Numbered from the stretch's first letter, positions 49,803 through 60,357 are shown. The stretch: 64,000 nucleotides of DNA from a virus (IMGVR_UViG_3300012979_000036:1-64000), one strand, 5' to 3'. Notes: generated by a model not told the origin, from the letters alone. Translations and numbers: made by a program.

Positions 49803-50933
49803 TTATTTCTTTCTCTTTTTAGTTAATAATTTACCACCATTTTTAGCTGTAGTCTTAGGGGCCTTTAAAGCATCACTATCAGTTAGCATTTTTAACCAAT
49901 CTTTTTGTATTGCTTCTTGTCCTAAACCCCTTAAATCTTCAGACATATTTGTTAAAGAACTTGATATAGCAGCACTCCTTTGTGCATCAATAGCTTGCCT
50001 TAATTGTGATGCTGCTTGAGTAGCAGCTAATACATTTTGTGCTTTCTGTTGATCCATAGCTAAAGCTTGTAATCCCATTTGAGCATTAGTTTGATTAGTA
50101 CCCCTATTAAATGTAGCTTCTTGAACCGCTCTATTAATATTCTCTTGATCTACTTGAATTAAAGCATTACCTATATTTCTTTGAGTGTTGTAATTATTAG
50201 CTAATAATCCTGCCATTACTTGACCTGCATTTAATCCTTGATTTTGAATATCTCTAGCAGTTGATCTAGAAGTATTAATCATAGGATTTAATAAATAGTT
50301 TCTATCAATAGATTCAAGATTAATAAAATCTCCTAATGGTGTAAATGAACCACCTGGTATATTTCTAGCGATTTTTTCAATTTTATCAGCTTGTGAATAA
50401 TCAGGTTTTCTCATATTTGATATAAGAGTACCAGCGTTAGTTAATACTGGTGCTAATCTACCCAGTGATTGCCAATTAAATTGACCTCCTTCATCAAATA
50501 TATTACTATTAGTTTTATTCTTTTTCATTCTAATTTCTTCTTGCATTTTAGTAAGAATACTAATCATGTCTTCCAAAGTATTCTGAGATATAAAATCAAT
50601 TGGATTATCTGCAGATTCCTTTTGTAAATCTTCTACAATTTTTGCAAAAGTCCAATCTTCATATTTTTTATTCAAACCATTGTCTTCTAATTGTTTTTTA
50701 GTTGGTTTAAGTCTGTTAGAGAATACATAATCATTATATATTATTTCTCCTTCTTCAACTAAATTAGGAATAAAATTGGAATCTATTCCGACAGGAACTC
50801 CCGCAAAAGGATTATCCTCATGCCTTCCTCCTTCGTTTATGAACACAAGCCCATTTGACCAACTTCCTGAATGATGATACATAGGACCTCCATATGATTT
50901 TTTATTAGGTGCTTTAATTATTTTTATTTTCAT
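49803..50933 (-). CDS. crAss conserved cargo-type protein (376 aa)
   Basis: NEGGRHEDNP..GV, NLVEEGEIIYNDYVFSNRL; Ala/Gln-rich C-terminal half. Confidence 0.7.
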   Translation of the reverse strand: MKIKIIKAPNKKSYGGPMYHHSGSWSNGLVFINEGGRHEDNPFAGVPVGIDSNFIPNLVEEGEIIYNDYVFSNRLKPTKKQLEDNGLNKKYEDWTFAKIVEDLQKESADNPIDFISQNTLEDMISILTKMQEEIRMKKNKTNSNIFDEGGQFNWQSLGRLAPVLTNAGTLISNMRKPDYSQADKIEKIARNIPGGSFTPLGDFINLESIDRNYLLNPMINTSRSTARDIQNQGLNAGQVMAGLLANNYNTQRNIGNALIQVDQENINRAVQEATFNRGTNQTNAQMGLQALAMDQQKAQNVLAATQAASQLRQAIDAQRSAAISSSLTNMSEDLRGLGQEAIQKDWLKMLTDSDALKAPKTTAKNGGKLLTKKRKK

Positions 50934-51696
50934 TGTGATACCTCCAAATATAACCGTGACACGTTAATCCTTTTCCTCTACAAACCCTTTCTATATGAGA
51001 AAATTTAACTCCTAAAAATTTATTAGCTTCTGTAATACTAGAAAAACTTTTAATGAAATTTAAAGACAAATCATACATATCTACAGGAGCAACATTATAA
51101 GGAACTCCAGCACTTTTAGGTGGAATATATTCATTGTATGAATATGTATATTTCCATTTGTGAGGAAACTTTTTAGTTGTTATATAATACTGCATTGTCT
51201 TACCTGTTACTCCAGCATCTAATGCTGCTTTTTCATAATCTTGAAAAACTTCAACTAAAGTACCATTTAAATCGTATTTATTCACTTTTTTTCGACCAAC
51301 TCTTTCAAAATATTCTATAGAAGCTAAACGTTGTCTTTCTGTCCACTTCTTTCCCTTTTTAACCTTAGAAATATTCTGTCTTGCTTGTTCTGATAAACTA
51401 TGTAGATCTCCTCCTAAATCAATATTATACCCACAATTTATATCAGTAGAATTATATTCTTTTATAAGTTTTATCTCTATTTTTTCAGCTTCTTCTTTTG
51501 TTAAATTAGTATGTAATATCTCGTGTTTAATATTGTCCCACCCGTATTTAACAATAGCTCTAAAAAAATATATCTGAGTTTCATACCCAAAACCAGATGC
51601 CCATCTATCATTCGGTGCTTTTTTGGTTATACCAATATATACTTTTCCATTAGGAGCTGTATGCTTATATACTATATAATTGTTTTCATTACACAT
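50914..51696 (-). CDS. Free-standing GIY-YIG homing endonuclease (NUMOD3/NUMOD1 tail)
   Basis: YIVYKHTAPNGKVYIGIT, R+E catalytic pattern, FSSITEANKFLG...HGYIWRY. It overlaps both neighbours, leaving no room for an intron. Confidence 0.9.
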   Translation of the reverse strand: MCNENNYIVYKHTAPNGKVYIGITKKAPNDRWASGFGYETQIYFFRAIVKYGWDNIKHEILHTNLTKEEAEKIEIKLIKEYNSTDINCGYNIDLGGDLHSLSEQARQNISKVKKGKKWTERQRLASIEYFERVGRKKVNKYDLNGTLVEVFQDYEKAALDAGVTGKTMQYYITTKKFPHKWKYTYSYNEYIPPKSAGVPYNVAPVDMYDLSLNFIKSFSSITEANKFLGVKFSHIERVCRGKGLTCHGYIWRYHNENKNN

Positions 51697-52456
51697 ATTC
51701 TATTTCATATCCTAAAGCTAGTAATCTTTGTATCTCTTTTTCATCTAAATCATACTCTTTATTCTCTATATAATTTTTATCAATCCAATCACTAGTATGA
51801 TTATTTATAGGTCCTCCGTATGCAGCAAAATTTAACAATCCTTTATTAAAGTTTTGATTGTAAGTATTATCTGCTGCAAAAGCATAATTATTTAACATTT
51901 GTTTATTAGCTAAAGTAGATTCGGCATTTAATTCGGCTGCTTTTCTTTTAGCTTTTTCATTTCCTGCAAATATACCAGCTAATCCAGAACCTAAACCAGC
52001 AGCTGCTCCACCAATAGCTCCCCAAACACCTCCTACTTGAGCACCTGATATAGCTCCTTTTGCCATTCCTTTAGCAGTATTACCTGCCATTTGCCAACCA
52101 TTTAAACCTCTTACAGCTTTTTGAGTATAATTTGTTCTACCTAACAAACTATTATTCCACATCTCTTGAAGGTTATCATAACTACCAGATTCAAATGTAG
52201 TATTAGCTGTTTCTGCTATAGCAGCCTCTTCAGAAGACATGTCTTTAATTTGAGCATTAGCTATTCCAGATTCAACAATTCCTGCTACACCGTTTCCAAT
52301 AACACCTAAACTGTTTACTAAATTTGAACCACTAAATGCATCACGTGCTACATCTCTAGATGAAGTATTCATCTTTTTTAGTAACTCTCCATTAGCAAAT
52401 TTATTAACTTTTCTTTTGGTCAACATCTTATTTGTAATTTTCTTATTCATATACAA
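51689..52456 (-). CDS. Gly/Ala-rich cargo-type protein with probable membrane-active helix
   Basis: GAISGAQVGGVWGAIGGAAAGLGSGLAGIF segment; first gene after a promoter. Confidence 0.7.
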   Translation of the reverse strand: MYMNKKITNKMLTKRKVNKFANGELLKKMNTSSRDVARDAFSGSNLVNSLGVIGNGVAGIVESGIANAQIKDMSSEEAAIAETANTTFESGSYDNLQEMWNNSLLGRTNYTQKAVRGLNGWQMAGNTAKGMAKGAISGAQVGGVWGAIGGAAAGLGSGLAGIFAGNEKAKRKAAELNAESTLANKQMLNNYAFAADNTYNQNFNKGLLNFAAYGGPINNHTSDWIDKNYIENKEYDLDEKEIQRLLALGYEIEYV

Positions 52457-52469
52457 TTAAATTAATATG

Positions 52470-52477
52470 CAAATATA
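52470..52477 (-). promoter_or_regulatory. Bacteroidota -7 element for the cargo block
   Basis: TATATTTG on the - strand, about 14 nt before ATG 52456; -33 element weak. Confidence 0.55.
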
Positions 52478-52516
52478 TAAAAAATAATTGATATATTTAA
52501 TAGTATTTATAAATAA

Positions 52517-52553
52517 TTATAGGAGAATAAGTTATTCACTTACTCTCCTATAA
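52517..52553 (-). terminator. Hairpin terminator after the muzzle gene
   Basis: 15-bp stem with one G-U pair on the - strand (TTATAGGAGAGTAAG/CTTATTCTCCTATAA), followed by a T-rich tail. Confidence 0.7.
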
Positions 52554-52555
52554 AT

Positions 52556-55500
52556 TTACTTATAATAATACACGTTTAAATTATGAAATTCTAATTTAGA
52601 ATTAGTTAAAGAAGCATCTTTGTTTGAATATAAAGAAAGATTAATCCAAGGATTTCTAATTCTATCTAATTTATGTTTAGAATTTTGATCTCGTGGTATA
52701 TCAGTTCGCCAGATTCTAAACTTCTTTGTAAAATTAGGATACTTAACATTGGATATAGAAGTTTCGCCGTATTGATAATCGTTTTCAACAGTTATAGAAC
52801 CAAAAGGATTGGCTGATATATTCCTATTATCCTTATTATATAGCTCTGCTATATATTCGATATTGGTAAAAACTTTATCTAAATATGGTTCTGGATTTAT
52901 TCTGTATGATATTTTATAATCATTAGTGTAATTTCCAACACTTAATTGAATAGGAGTACAACTAGACGATTCTTTATCTACTTTTTCAGTATCTTTAAAA
53001 CAATAAGATTCACCTTTATAATTAACAATATTTGTATTAAGATGATTTATAAAATTTAAAAAACTTGTAAAGTTATTTAAATTTTCATTAAATAATAATG
53101 ATAAAGTGTCAGTAGTAATATATATGTCTTGTAATGAAGAACTATAATTTAAATATTTTATTTTGTCTATGTTGTTTTTAAACCACACAGACATTCCTTT
53201 ATTGGAAATATTTTTCAATCCTTCACTATTTATACTAAACAAAGATTTATTATATTTATCTATAAAATACAAACCTGAATTACCTTTTACCATTAGCTGT
53301 TTATCTTGACACCCTACAGTATCTGTAATAACTTTATAACCGTCAACTTTACCACTATTAGCTATTTCAATAGGTATACCGTTTTCTGTAGATAATGCTG
53401 TTCTATTATTAAAATTAATAGCACTAATAGCCTTATCTTGAAATGCCAATATAGTATCATTGTTGTTTATAAGTTTAGTTATTTTACCATAAGAACCATT
53501 TAAATTAAGAGTACTTGCTAAGGATATGTTTGTCCAAGTATCAATATTTTCTGTATTAGTTTTAGAAAGAGACCAAGTTATTTGATTATTAAATACTTTA
53601 TTATAATACTTAGAATCTAAAATATTATAACTAAAAATATTATTTTCTTGATTATATACTTTATTAGTTAAATTAAAGTTTTGTGGTCTTATATTTAAGA
53701 TGTTTGTTGTTCCTATATTTTTATCATATCTACTTTCAAGATTAATGTGTGTTTCAACCATAAATGATGTTATATCTACTACACTATTAATATCTTCTTC
53801 AGTATAAGGATAAGTTTTTAAACAATCCCATCTTTGAAAATAAGTATCTCCTTCAGCTTTTCCTGTGGGAGTTTCAATGTTAACAGAATTAGTTATTGGT
53901 AACCAGTTAATTGCCTCTAAAGCTTTTTCATCGTAACCTCCATATAAATTATGATAATCTAAATCTTTATACAATTCGGCTAAATAAAGATAAGAATATC
54001 CATCAGAATTATACTCTGTAATATCTTTTAAGTTATAATCTATATCTTTTTCTATGTATTTAAAAGTATAATTATCAAATCTGGTGTCTTTATAAAATTC
54101 TATAATAGTACCTTGTTTGTAATCCTCGAAAGAAGGCATTAAGTTATAACTTCCATCTATAGAATTACCATTAGTTAACTCGCAAAGATCAAATTGTAAT
54201 CCTATTAACTCTGGAAAATCTGATATAGAATTACTATATTTAACATTTCCAATTGTTAAAATATTATTTGTGGTTTCGAACTTAATGATACCTGTTAAAC
54301 AACCAGGATTAGGATAACCAACTGTAAGATATGCATTACTAAGCATATTACACAAAAACAAATAAAGAGTGGTAGTTTCCCCATATAAAATATGGTTTAT
54401 TTTATTTTCTCCAATGTAATGAGTTTTAATAATATTAAAAATATTCTGCACATCATTATCTGTTAATGTGGTGTTTGGAAAATGATAAAATCCGAGTGTT
54501 TTAATTTTAGATTTCTTAGAAAGTTTATTAATTTGCCAAGGATAAGAAGGATTAGTATTAACACCATATATTTCTGAAAAATTTTCATTTTCTTCTTTTA
54601 ACCAAGGTAGTGTATTTAGTTTAGAGGCTTCTTTATCTGCCCACAAACTAAATACTACATGAGGTGTAGATTTATATTTGATTCTTACTGGATCAAATGA
54701 TTTTAAATTATTTACATAATATTCGTTTGTAAAAGTTAATAATTTATCATAATTTCCAGAATAAAATATTTTATTACCTTTAGACAATTCTACTTGAAGA
54801 TATTCTATATTATTTGAATCAAAATATTGGGTAGGACTAATAAAACTTTCCCAAGGTTCTAAATATACAGTATTGTAACTGAATCTTTGTGTAGCAAAAG
54901 TTTTCTTTTTTAAATCTGCTATAATATTATCAAAGCTATTTCCATTGGTTGTATTATAAGTTTCTTCATTTTGACCTATTAAAGAACCTTGTTTATGCCA
55001 CATGTAAATATTATAATCTATTAAATTTGAAGTTGGTAAATATCCTCCAAATCCAGTATTACCATCAACTGTATATTCCCAATCAAAATCTCTATATAAA
55101 AGATTAGATATTAAAGTTTTTGTAGTTTTAGAAATATTACTGTTATTAATAATATTATCTTTATTTATATTATAAGCAGAAGATAGTCCTTTAGTATTTA
55201 ATTCTATGTTAGCATCCGAATAATTAGAAGTTATAGGTACTATTCCTACTATTCTAAAATTTAAATTATTATTTTTAAATATGTTAGTATTATATTCTAT
55301 ATCTGGAGAATGAAATGTTACCAAAGAATTATCTACATAAAAATTATTCTTTTTAGTTTGTATATTAATATCTAACTTATTATTAACTATGGTTTCATCT
55401 TCTTCTACAATTACAGTATAAGCATAACCTCTATCTCCGTTAGGTTTATCGTTATTAAAAATACTAGAATATTTTAAAAAATCAAAATCTATCCAAGAGT

Positions 55501-57394
55501 CACCTAACAATTTAGCTTCGCTTACATTTGATAATTCTTGTTTTGCAAATTTTTTAAATTTTTCAAATGTTACTCCTAAATCTGTTTCTAAGTCTTTAGC
55601 TGTATGTGTGGCTATAAATAATCTTACTTCTTCATATGTAGTTTTCCAACTACCGTTTTTAAAATTTGCAGATTTTATTAAATATGATATTTTAGATTCA
55701 TCCCATGTTGGAGGATTATTATTAATATATCTTCCTCTTCTTACTGCTACAGCACATCCGTGTCCAGGATATGGATGTAAATATATAATTTTTGATGTAA
55801 ATAAAATAGGTTCATCTCCATCTGTAGATACTCCACTACCATCATTAACCACTGGAGCAAGACTATTAGTTCCTTGTATTTCATCAGATGTAGAACTCAT
55901 ATGTTGCCAAGAAGCGTTCCCTCCTCTTGGACGCATTATCCAAGAAGATAAAGAATATACTTTATTGTCTAATCTTTCTTCATAATTAAAAACTGTAGGG
56001 CATACTACACCTTGTGCTACAATAGTTCTATCTTGTGAAGCATCTGCCATTAACAACCTATATTTTTTATAATTTGAAGCAGCGTTTATTATTTCAGGAG
56101 TTAAAGTACATACAGGATTGGCTACTGTAGCTAATTTAGTAGTTTCATCTATAACAGGGTAAACATCACATATTTTATCTCCTACCCAAATAGGAGAAGT
56201 CCATTCTCCTCTTTTAGTTTGAAATTGAATTGCAAATCTATAAATTTCTGCACTCTTAAAAGTTTTAAATTCTGTAGAACTATTAACAGATTGTCTTTCA
56301 TATGTATAAAAACCTTTTGTATCTCCTAATGTAATAGTTTTATTTCCAAATATCACCAATGAAGATTCTTTAATACCATTATTATCTTTAATAGTATTGT
56401 TTATTAATTTTACTAAAGATTCGTCTACAGGATTATCTGCTAATTTTATATTTCCAAAAAACAAAGTATTATCTTTTTGTGCTATGGTAGAAGCATAAAA
56501 CTCTTTTCCTCCTATAAAAAATAAAAGATTGGGATCTAAAGAAGACTGATTAGTGTTATTATCAATAATATTTATTGAAGATTGATTTTTTATATTTATG
56601 TCTTTAACAATATTAAATTGAATATCTCCATTATATGAAGTTCTTTTTACAGAATACAATCGTAAATAATCATAAGATGTATCTATATCATCTATATTTA
56701 TTTTAAAACTACATTTTAAAATATCTTCAGGAGAACTTCCTCTGTCAGTATTATCTATATAATTAATGTCAGATGAAGCTAATATAGGAGTTTCTATACC
56801 ATGTTTATTATAATAAGATACAAAATACTGTATTACACCTGCTGGAAACACTCCAGTATTTTTATATTCTTTTGTTACATTTATAGTTGGAAATATAGAT
56901 ATTTCAGGATTAAAATCAAATTGAGTAGAATCATCATTATTATAGGTATTTTTTATGTTTATGACTCTGGGATAATTATCATTATCTACCCAATATACTT
57001 TTTGGATATTTTCAGACTCATAATATCCTATGCATTCTATTTTAGAATTAAACTCTAACTTGCCTTCATATAATACAGTTCCTGTTAATACGTTTTGTAT
57101 TTCGTCATACTGTAATCTATATATATAATCATTATCCCCTTTTGTAAACAATACAATATAATCATTTAAAACACAATGTCCTAAATAATTACCTAATATA
57201 ACCGTTTTACCATTATCAAGAATAACATTTAATTCTTTAGGTTCTTTTTCGTTTATTATAGAAAATAAAGTATTATCATTAAGAGGTGTAATTCTTATAT
57301 TTATATTTTCAAAAGCAAATTCATTTGTAGCTTTACTAATAGAAGTATCTTGATACATTCCTCTATTAGTAAATTGTGCTATTTGTTTTTCCAT
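52556..57394 (-). CDS. Tail stabilization / muzzle protein (P22 gp10-like, crAss type)
   Basis: N-terminus GMYQDTSISK..FAFENINIRI and C-terminus KKFRIWRTDIPR...RIRNPW, typical of crAss muzzle proteins; 1612 aa. Confidence 0.8.
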   Translation of the reverse strand: MEKQIAQFTNRGMYQDTSISKATNEFAFENINIRITPLNDNTLFSIINEKEPKELNVILDNGKTVILGNYLGHCVLNDYIVLFTKGDNDYIYRLQYDEIQNVLTGTVLYEGKLEFNSKIECIGYYESENIQKVYWVDNDNYPRVINIKNTYNNDDSTQFDFNPEISIFPTINVTKEYKNTGVFPAGVIQYFVSYYNKHGIETPILASSDINYIDNTDRGSSPEDILKCSFKINIDDIDTSYDYLRLYSVKRTSYNGDIQFNIVKDINIKNQSSINIIDNNTNQSSLDPNLLFFIGGKEFYASTIAQKDNTLFFGNIKLADNPVDESLVKLINNTIKDNNGIKESSLVIFGNKTITLGDTKGFYTYERQSVNSSTEFKTFKSAEIYRFAIQFQTKRGEWTSPIWVGDKICDVYPVIDETTKLATVANPVCTLTPEIINAASNYKKYRLLMADASQDRTIVAQGVVCPTVFNYEERLDNKVYSLSSWIMRPRGGNASWQHMSSTSDEIQGTNSLAPVVNDGSGVSTDGDEPILFTSKIIYLHPYPGHGCAVAVRRGRYINNNPPTWDESKISYLIKSANFKNGSWKTTYEEVRLFIATHTAKDLETDLGVTFEKFKKFAKQELSNVSEAKLLGDSWIDFDFLKYSSIFNNDKPNGDRGYAYTVIVEEDETIVNNKLDINIQTKKNNFYVDNSLVTFHSPDIEYNTNIFKNNNLNFRIVGIVPITSNYSDANIELNTKGLSSAYNINKDNIINNSNISKTTKTLISNLLYRDFDWEYTVDGNTGFGGYLPTSNLIDYNIYMWHKQGSLIGQNEETYNTTNGNSFDNIIADLKKKTFATQRFSYNTVYLEPWESFISPTQYFDSNNIEYLQVELSKGNKIFYSGNYDKLLTFTNEYYVNNLKSFDPVRIKYKSTPHVVFSLWADKEASKLNTLPWLKEENENFSEIYGVNTNPSYPWQINKLSKKSKIKTLGFYHFPNTTLTDNDVQNIFNIIKTHYIGENKINHILYGETTTLYLFLCNMLSNAYLTVGYPNPGCLTGIIKFETTNNILTIGNVKYSNSISDFPELIGLQFDLCELTNGNSIDGSYNLMPSFEDYKQGTIIEFYKDTRFDNYTFKYIEKDIDYNLKDITEYNSDGYSYLYLAELYKDLDYHNLYGGYDEKALEAINWLPITNSVNIETPTGKAEGDTYFQRWDCLKTYPYTEEDINSVVDITSFMVETHINLESRYDKNIGTTNILNIRPQNFNLTNKVYNQENNIFSYNILDSKYYNKVFNNQITWSLSKTNTENIDTWTNISLASTLNLNGSYGKITKLINNNDTILAFQDKAISAINFNNRTALSTENGIPIEIANSGKVDGYKVITDTVGCQDKQLMVKGNSGLYFIDKYNKSLFSINSEGLKNISNKGMSVWFKNNIDKIKYLNYSSSLQDIYITTDTLSLLFNENLNNFTSFLNFINHLNTNIVNYKGESYCFKDTEKVDKESSSCTPIQLSVGNYTNDYKISYRINPEPYLDKVFTNIEYIAELYNKDNRNISANPFGSITVENDYQYGETSISNVKYPNFTKKFRIWRTDIPRDQNSKHKLDRIRNPWINLSLYSNKDASLTNSKLEFHNLNVYYYK

Positions 57395-57396
57395 AA

Positions 57397-58104
57397 TTAA
57401 TTAATTTTTAAATTCTGTCTAGAACCTAATGTTTTAAATCCTTTGGAGTGTTCATTTGTTTTAGGAATAATACTTCTCCAAGAATTAAAGAAAGATTCTG
57501 CTTTATCGAGAGACATTTTTTGAAACTCTGATTCACAAGCGCCTACTGCCCAAGCGTACATTTGTTGTGCATTTTGATATATTGCTTGTTGTAATTTGCC
57601 CATTTCAAAAAGAATAGTAAACCATTGTAATTTTATATAAGCTTCTAAAGCTCTTGTAAATTTACTATTATCTGGTATTAACGGATAACCTTCTTCATCA
57701 AGAAGAATAGCTTTATAAGATATTTCAATTGTACCTTCTTTTATAGAAGTGAATATATATCCTCCTTGAATTTTATAAGTCATATCAAAGTAATTACTAT
57801 AATCTGACAAATGAAAAGTATCACTTGCATATCTGAACGCTTTAGATACTGATAATTCTCCGCTTTCTGTTAAAGCTGTTACTAGTCTTACTTGATTCAT
57901 TTCAAAAAAGTCATCAGGTAATAATCCTTTATGTTCTATAATTTCAATAGGTTCGCACTTTTCAGTGAAAAAACCACTACATTGAACAATACGCATAAAA
58001 TCTACAGCATAATCAATAATTGCTTCAAATGAAATACCCGCCATCATAGGATTTCTAAGTGTTTTATCAGCAATTTGTTTTAAAGATATATAATTATTTG
58101 CCAT
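57397..58104 (-). CDS. Tail ring / tail tubular protein (P22 gp4-like)
   Basis: YISLKQI...GYPLIPDN..F.RALEAYIK; directly upstream of the muzzle gene. Confidence 0.7.
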   Translation of the reverse strand: MANNYISLKQIADKTLRNPMMAGISFEAIIDYAVDFMRIVQCSGFFTEKCEPIEIIEHKGLLPDDFFEMNQVRLVTALTESGELSVSKAFRYASDTFHLSDYSNYFDMTYKIQGGYIFTSIKEGTIEISYKAILLDEEGYPLIPDNSKFTRALEAYIKLQWFTILFEMGKLQQAIYQNAQQMYAWAVGACESEFQKMSLDKAESFFNSWRSIIPKTNEHSKGFKTLGSRQNLKIN

Positions 58105-58630
58105 ATGTAAAAGCGTCTATTTTATTTAATTTAATATTATTTTTCAAATTAACTTTTAAAAGTCTATTAGGATCAAACTCATAAAAAGTTTTATTATTAT
58201 ATTTAGCCTTTGTTTTATTGTAAAAAACTTTAAAAGTTTCAGTATTTTCTTGTCTTACTAATTGCTTGTGTTCTTTACACACAGGATTATCATACCATAA
58301 TTTAAGAGTAGCATTCCAATCAATAGGTAAATTAGTTTTTATTTTACCGTTTACAAATTTAATAGTATTAGCTATTTTTCTTAATTCTAAACGACCCATT
58401 TGTTCTGGTAGTGTTACATCTTTACCTTCAATAAGAAGATCTCTTAAATCATCGTTAATTAATCTTATAATATGAAGAAATTGACAATCTGTTAAAACAT
58501 ATTTAGAGTCATTTGGTTTTATTTTTCTATAAAAGCGAAAAGCATCTTTACTACCATAAGAACCTGATACTTTATGATGTCTTTTATTTTTTACTTTTTT
58601 TACATTATTTATAAAGTCTTTAAATTCCAT
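58094..58630 (-). CDS. IHF/HU-like DNA-binding protein
   Basis: DVTLPEQMGRLELRK beta-arm pattern; basic; usual crAss position. Confidence 0.65.
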   Translation of the reverse strand: MEFKDFINNVKKVKNKRHHKVSGSYGSKDAFRFYRKIKPNDSKYVLTDCQFLHIIRLINDDLRDLLIEGKDVTLPEQMGRLELRKIANTIKFVNGKIKTNLPIDWNATLKLWYDNPVCKEHKQLVRQENTETFKVFYNKTKAKYNNKTFYEFDPNRLLKVNLKNNIKLNKIDAFTYGK

Positions 58631-59322
58631 TAACTTCTAATTTGTTCGTTATAATCTTTTTTCATATTATTAGCTAAATAATTAGCAATAGAAGCCATAT
58701 CGTCATTAGCATTATTAGTATTATCAGCTGGTCTATAAGCTGCCCCTAAAAGTTCTTTAACTACTAATTCTAGTACAGTAGTAAGTAATCCTTCTTCTAT
58801 AGGAAAATTAGAATCTAACCAATCTGATATAGCATATCTAGGTTCTTCAAATACTCCTACAATTTTAAAAGTTGTAGGATTAATATAATTATTATCTTCT
58901 ATCTTTTTATTTTGTACTAATACATAATTATCTTCATTAATAGCACAATATGTTATTTTCTTTAGATATTTATTATTTCCTGTAAATACAAGTCTTTCTC
59001 TAGAAGTAATTTCAAATCTATAATTATAATAATCTTCATCATTAGATATAATTCTAGGAATACCTACTTGTAATAAATTAGGAATTTGATTTGTGCTTTT
59101 TAAAAAAGGTTTGGTGTTATGGTCCTCTAATGTAATTGTTAAAGTTTGATAATTACTATATGGCACACTTTTTTTAGGATCATTTCCATAACGTTGTTTT
59201 AAAATAAGCGCTCTAAATTTATCTAATAAATAAGCCACGTGATCTTCTGTATAAGAAAAATCATCACTTGATGCCTTAATTAAATCAAGGCACATATAAA
59301 TCGCTTCTCTATATGTAGTCAT
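58630..59322 (-). CDS. Tail ring protein
   Basis: MTTYREAIYMCLD...; within the ring-gene cluster. Confidence 0.6.
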   Translation of the reverse strand: MTTYREAIYMCLDLIKASSDDFSYTEDHVAYLLDKFRALILKQRYGNDPKKSVPYSNYQTLTITLEDHNTKPFLKSTNQIPNLLQVGIPRIISNDEDYYNYRFEITSRERLVFTGNNKYLKKITYCAINEDNYVLVQNKKIEDNNYINPTTFKIVGVFEEPRYAISDWLDSNFPIEEGLLTTVLELVVKELLGAAYRPADNTNNANDDMASIANYLANNMKKDYNEQIRS

Positions 59323-59347
59323 ATCTATATAAAATTAAATGTTGTCA

Positions 59348-59378
59348 CAAAGATATAAAAAATATATCAATGTAACAA
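59348..59378 (-). promoter_or_regulatory. Bacteroidota-type promoter for the tail block
   Basis: On the - strand: TTG (59378-76), 20-nt spacer, TATCTTTG (59355-48). Confidence 0.65.
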
Positions 59379-59400
59379 CATTATAATTAAACTGTTGAAT

Positions 59401-59432
59401 AAAATAAAAAAGGACTACTTAATGTAGTCCTT
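59401..59432 (-). terminator. Rho-independent terminator after the auxiliary capsid gene
   Basis: 9-bp stem AAGGACTAC/GTAGTCCTT, followed by a T-tract on the - strand. Confidence 0.85.
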
Positions 59433-59438
59433 ATATAA

Positions 59439-60338
59439 TTAAGCAGTTGCAATAACTGCTTCACCTTCAGTAACCTTAGTAAAAGTAACTCCTGTAGCCT
59501 TTGAGAGGTTAGTAGCAAGGGTATCAAGAGCACCCTTAGCACCAGCTATAATCAAATCCTTCTCAGACTTGTAGTCTCCCTCATTAGCTCCTTTGAATGC
59601 GTAATGCACAACAAGTACATCGTACTCCTTAGTAGGAACTACTCTATAATCAGCAGGATTAAGATGATAAGGATAACCCATGTCACGATACTGGTCGCCA
59701 CGTTCTCCTAATGCAAACCATTCCATTTCAGAAACAGCATAACCACTAGGTACAACTACATCAGCAACTGTGCCTTCTGCTTTTTCTGCCCAAGCAACTT
59801 CCTCGCCTTCAACCTCAATAAGGTTAGTATAAACTTCAAAGTCAGGAAGAATTACAGGCTTAACACCTTTCTTATAATTCTTAGTTACGTCAGCAGCATA
59901 AATAACAAGACCACCATCAACGCTTACTTCGAGTACACCATCTGCTTTAAAAGCCTCCTTAAAAGCCTTTGCAAGGTCATTATAAATATCTGTAGCAATT
60001 GTTCCCTTCTTAGCGTGTGCTACTGCTGTCTTAGTAGTCCAACCTTCAACACCAAGACCAGCTACTTCAGGATAAGAAACTCTAACAACGTAGTCAGCAC
60101 CTTCAACTACTGCTTCAGCAAGTGTAATAGTTACACTCTTATAATGTTTAGCAAGAGCGTCTGCTGTAGTAAGCTTACCCCAAATAACATTTTCAATTTT
60201 ATCTGATACCCTAACTTCGTTAGAAGCAGTGTCAGTAAAAGTTACAACTACTGCATTCTCAAGTGGATACTTCTTTACAGCTGCTGATACACCTTCAAGT
60301 GCATAGAACTGCATTACCTGATTTGTACTAAAATTCAT
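59439..60338 (-). CDS. Auxiliary capsid / highly expressed structural protein
   Basis: FSTNQVMQFY and MEWFALGERGDQYR motifs of crAss head proteins; codon bias like the MCP. Confidence 0.7.
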   Translation of the reverse strand: MNFSTNQVMQFYALEGVSAAVKKYPLENAVVVTFTDTASNEVRVSDKIENVIWGKLTTADALAKHYKSVTITLAEAVVEGADYVVRVSYPEVAGLGVEGWTTKTAVAHAKKGTIATDIYNDLAKAFKEAFKADGVLEVSVDGGLVIYAADVTKNYKKGVKPVILPDFEVYTNLIEVEGEEVAWAEKAEGTVADVVVPSGYAVSEMEWFALGERGDQYRDMGYPYHLNPADYRVVPTKEYDVLVVHYAFKGANEGDYKSEKDLIIAGAKGALDTLATNLSKATGVTFTKVTEGEAVIATA

Positions 60339-60357
60339 ATTAAATTAATTTAATAAA

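Noticed and set aside
50914-51696. GIY-YIG gene as part of a group I intron
   Set aside because: It overlaps both flanking genes, and no P/Q/R/S core elements are present.
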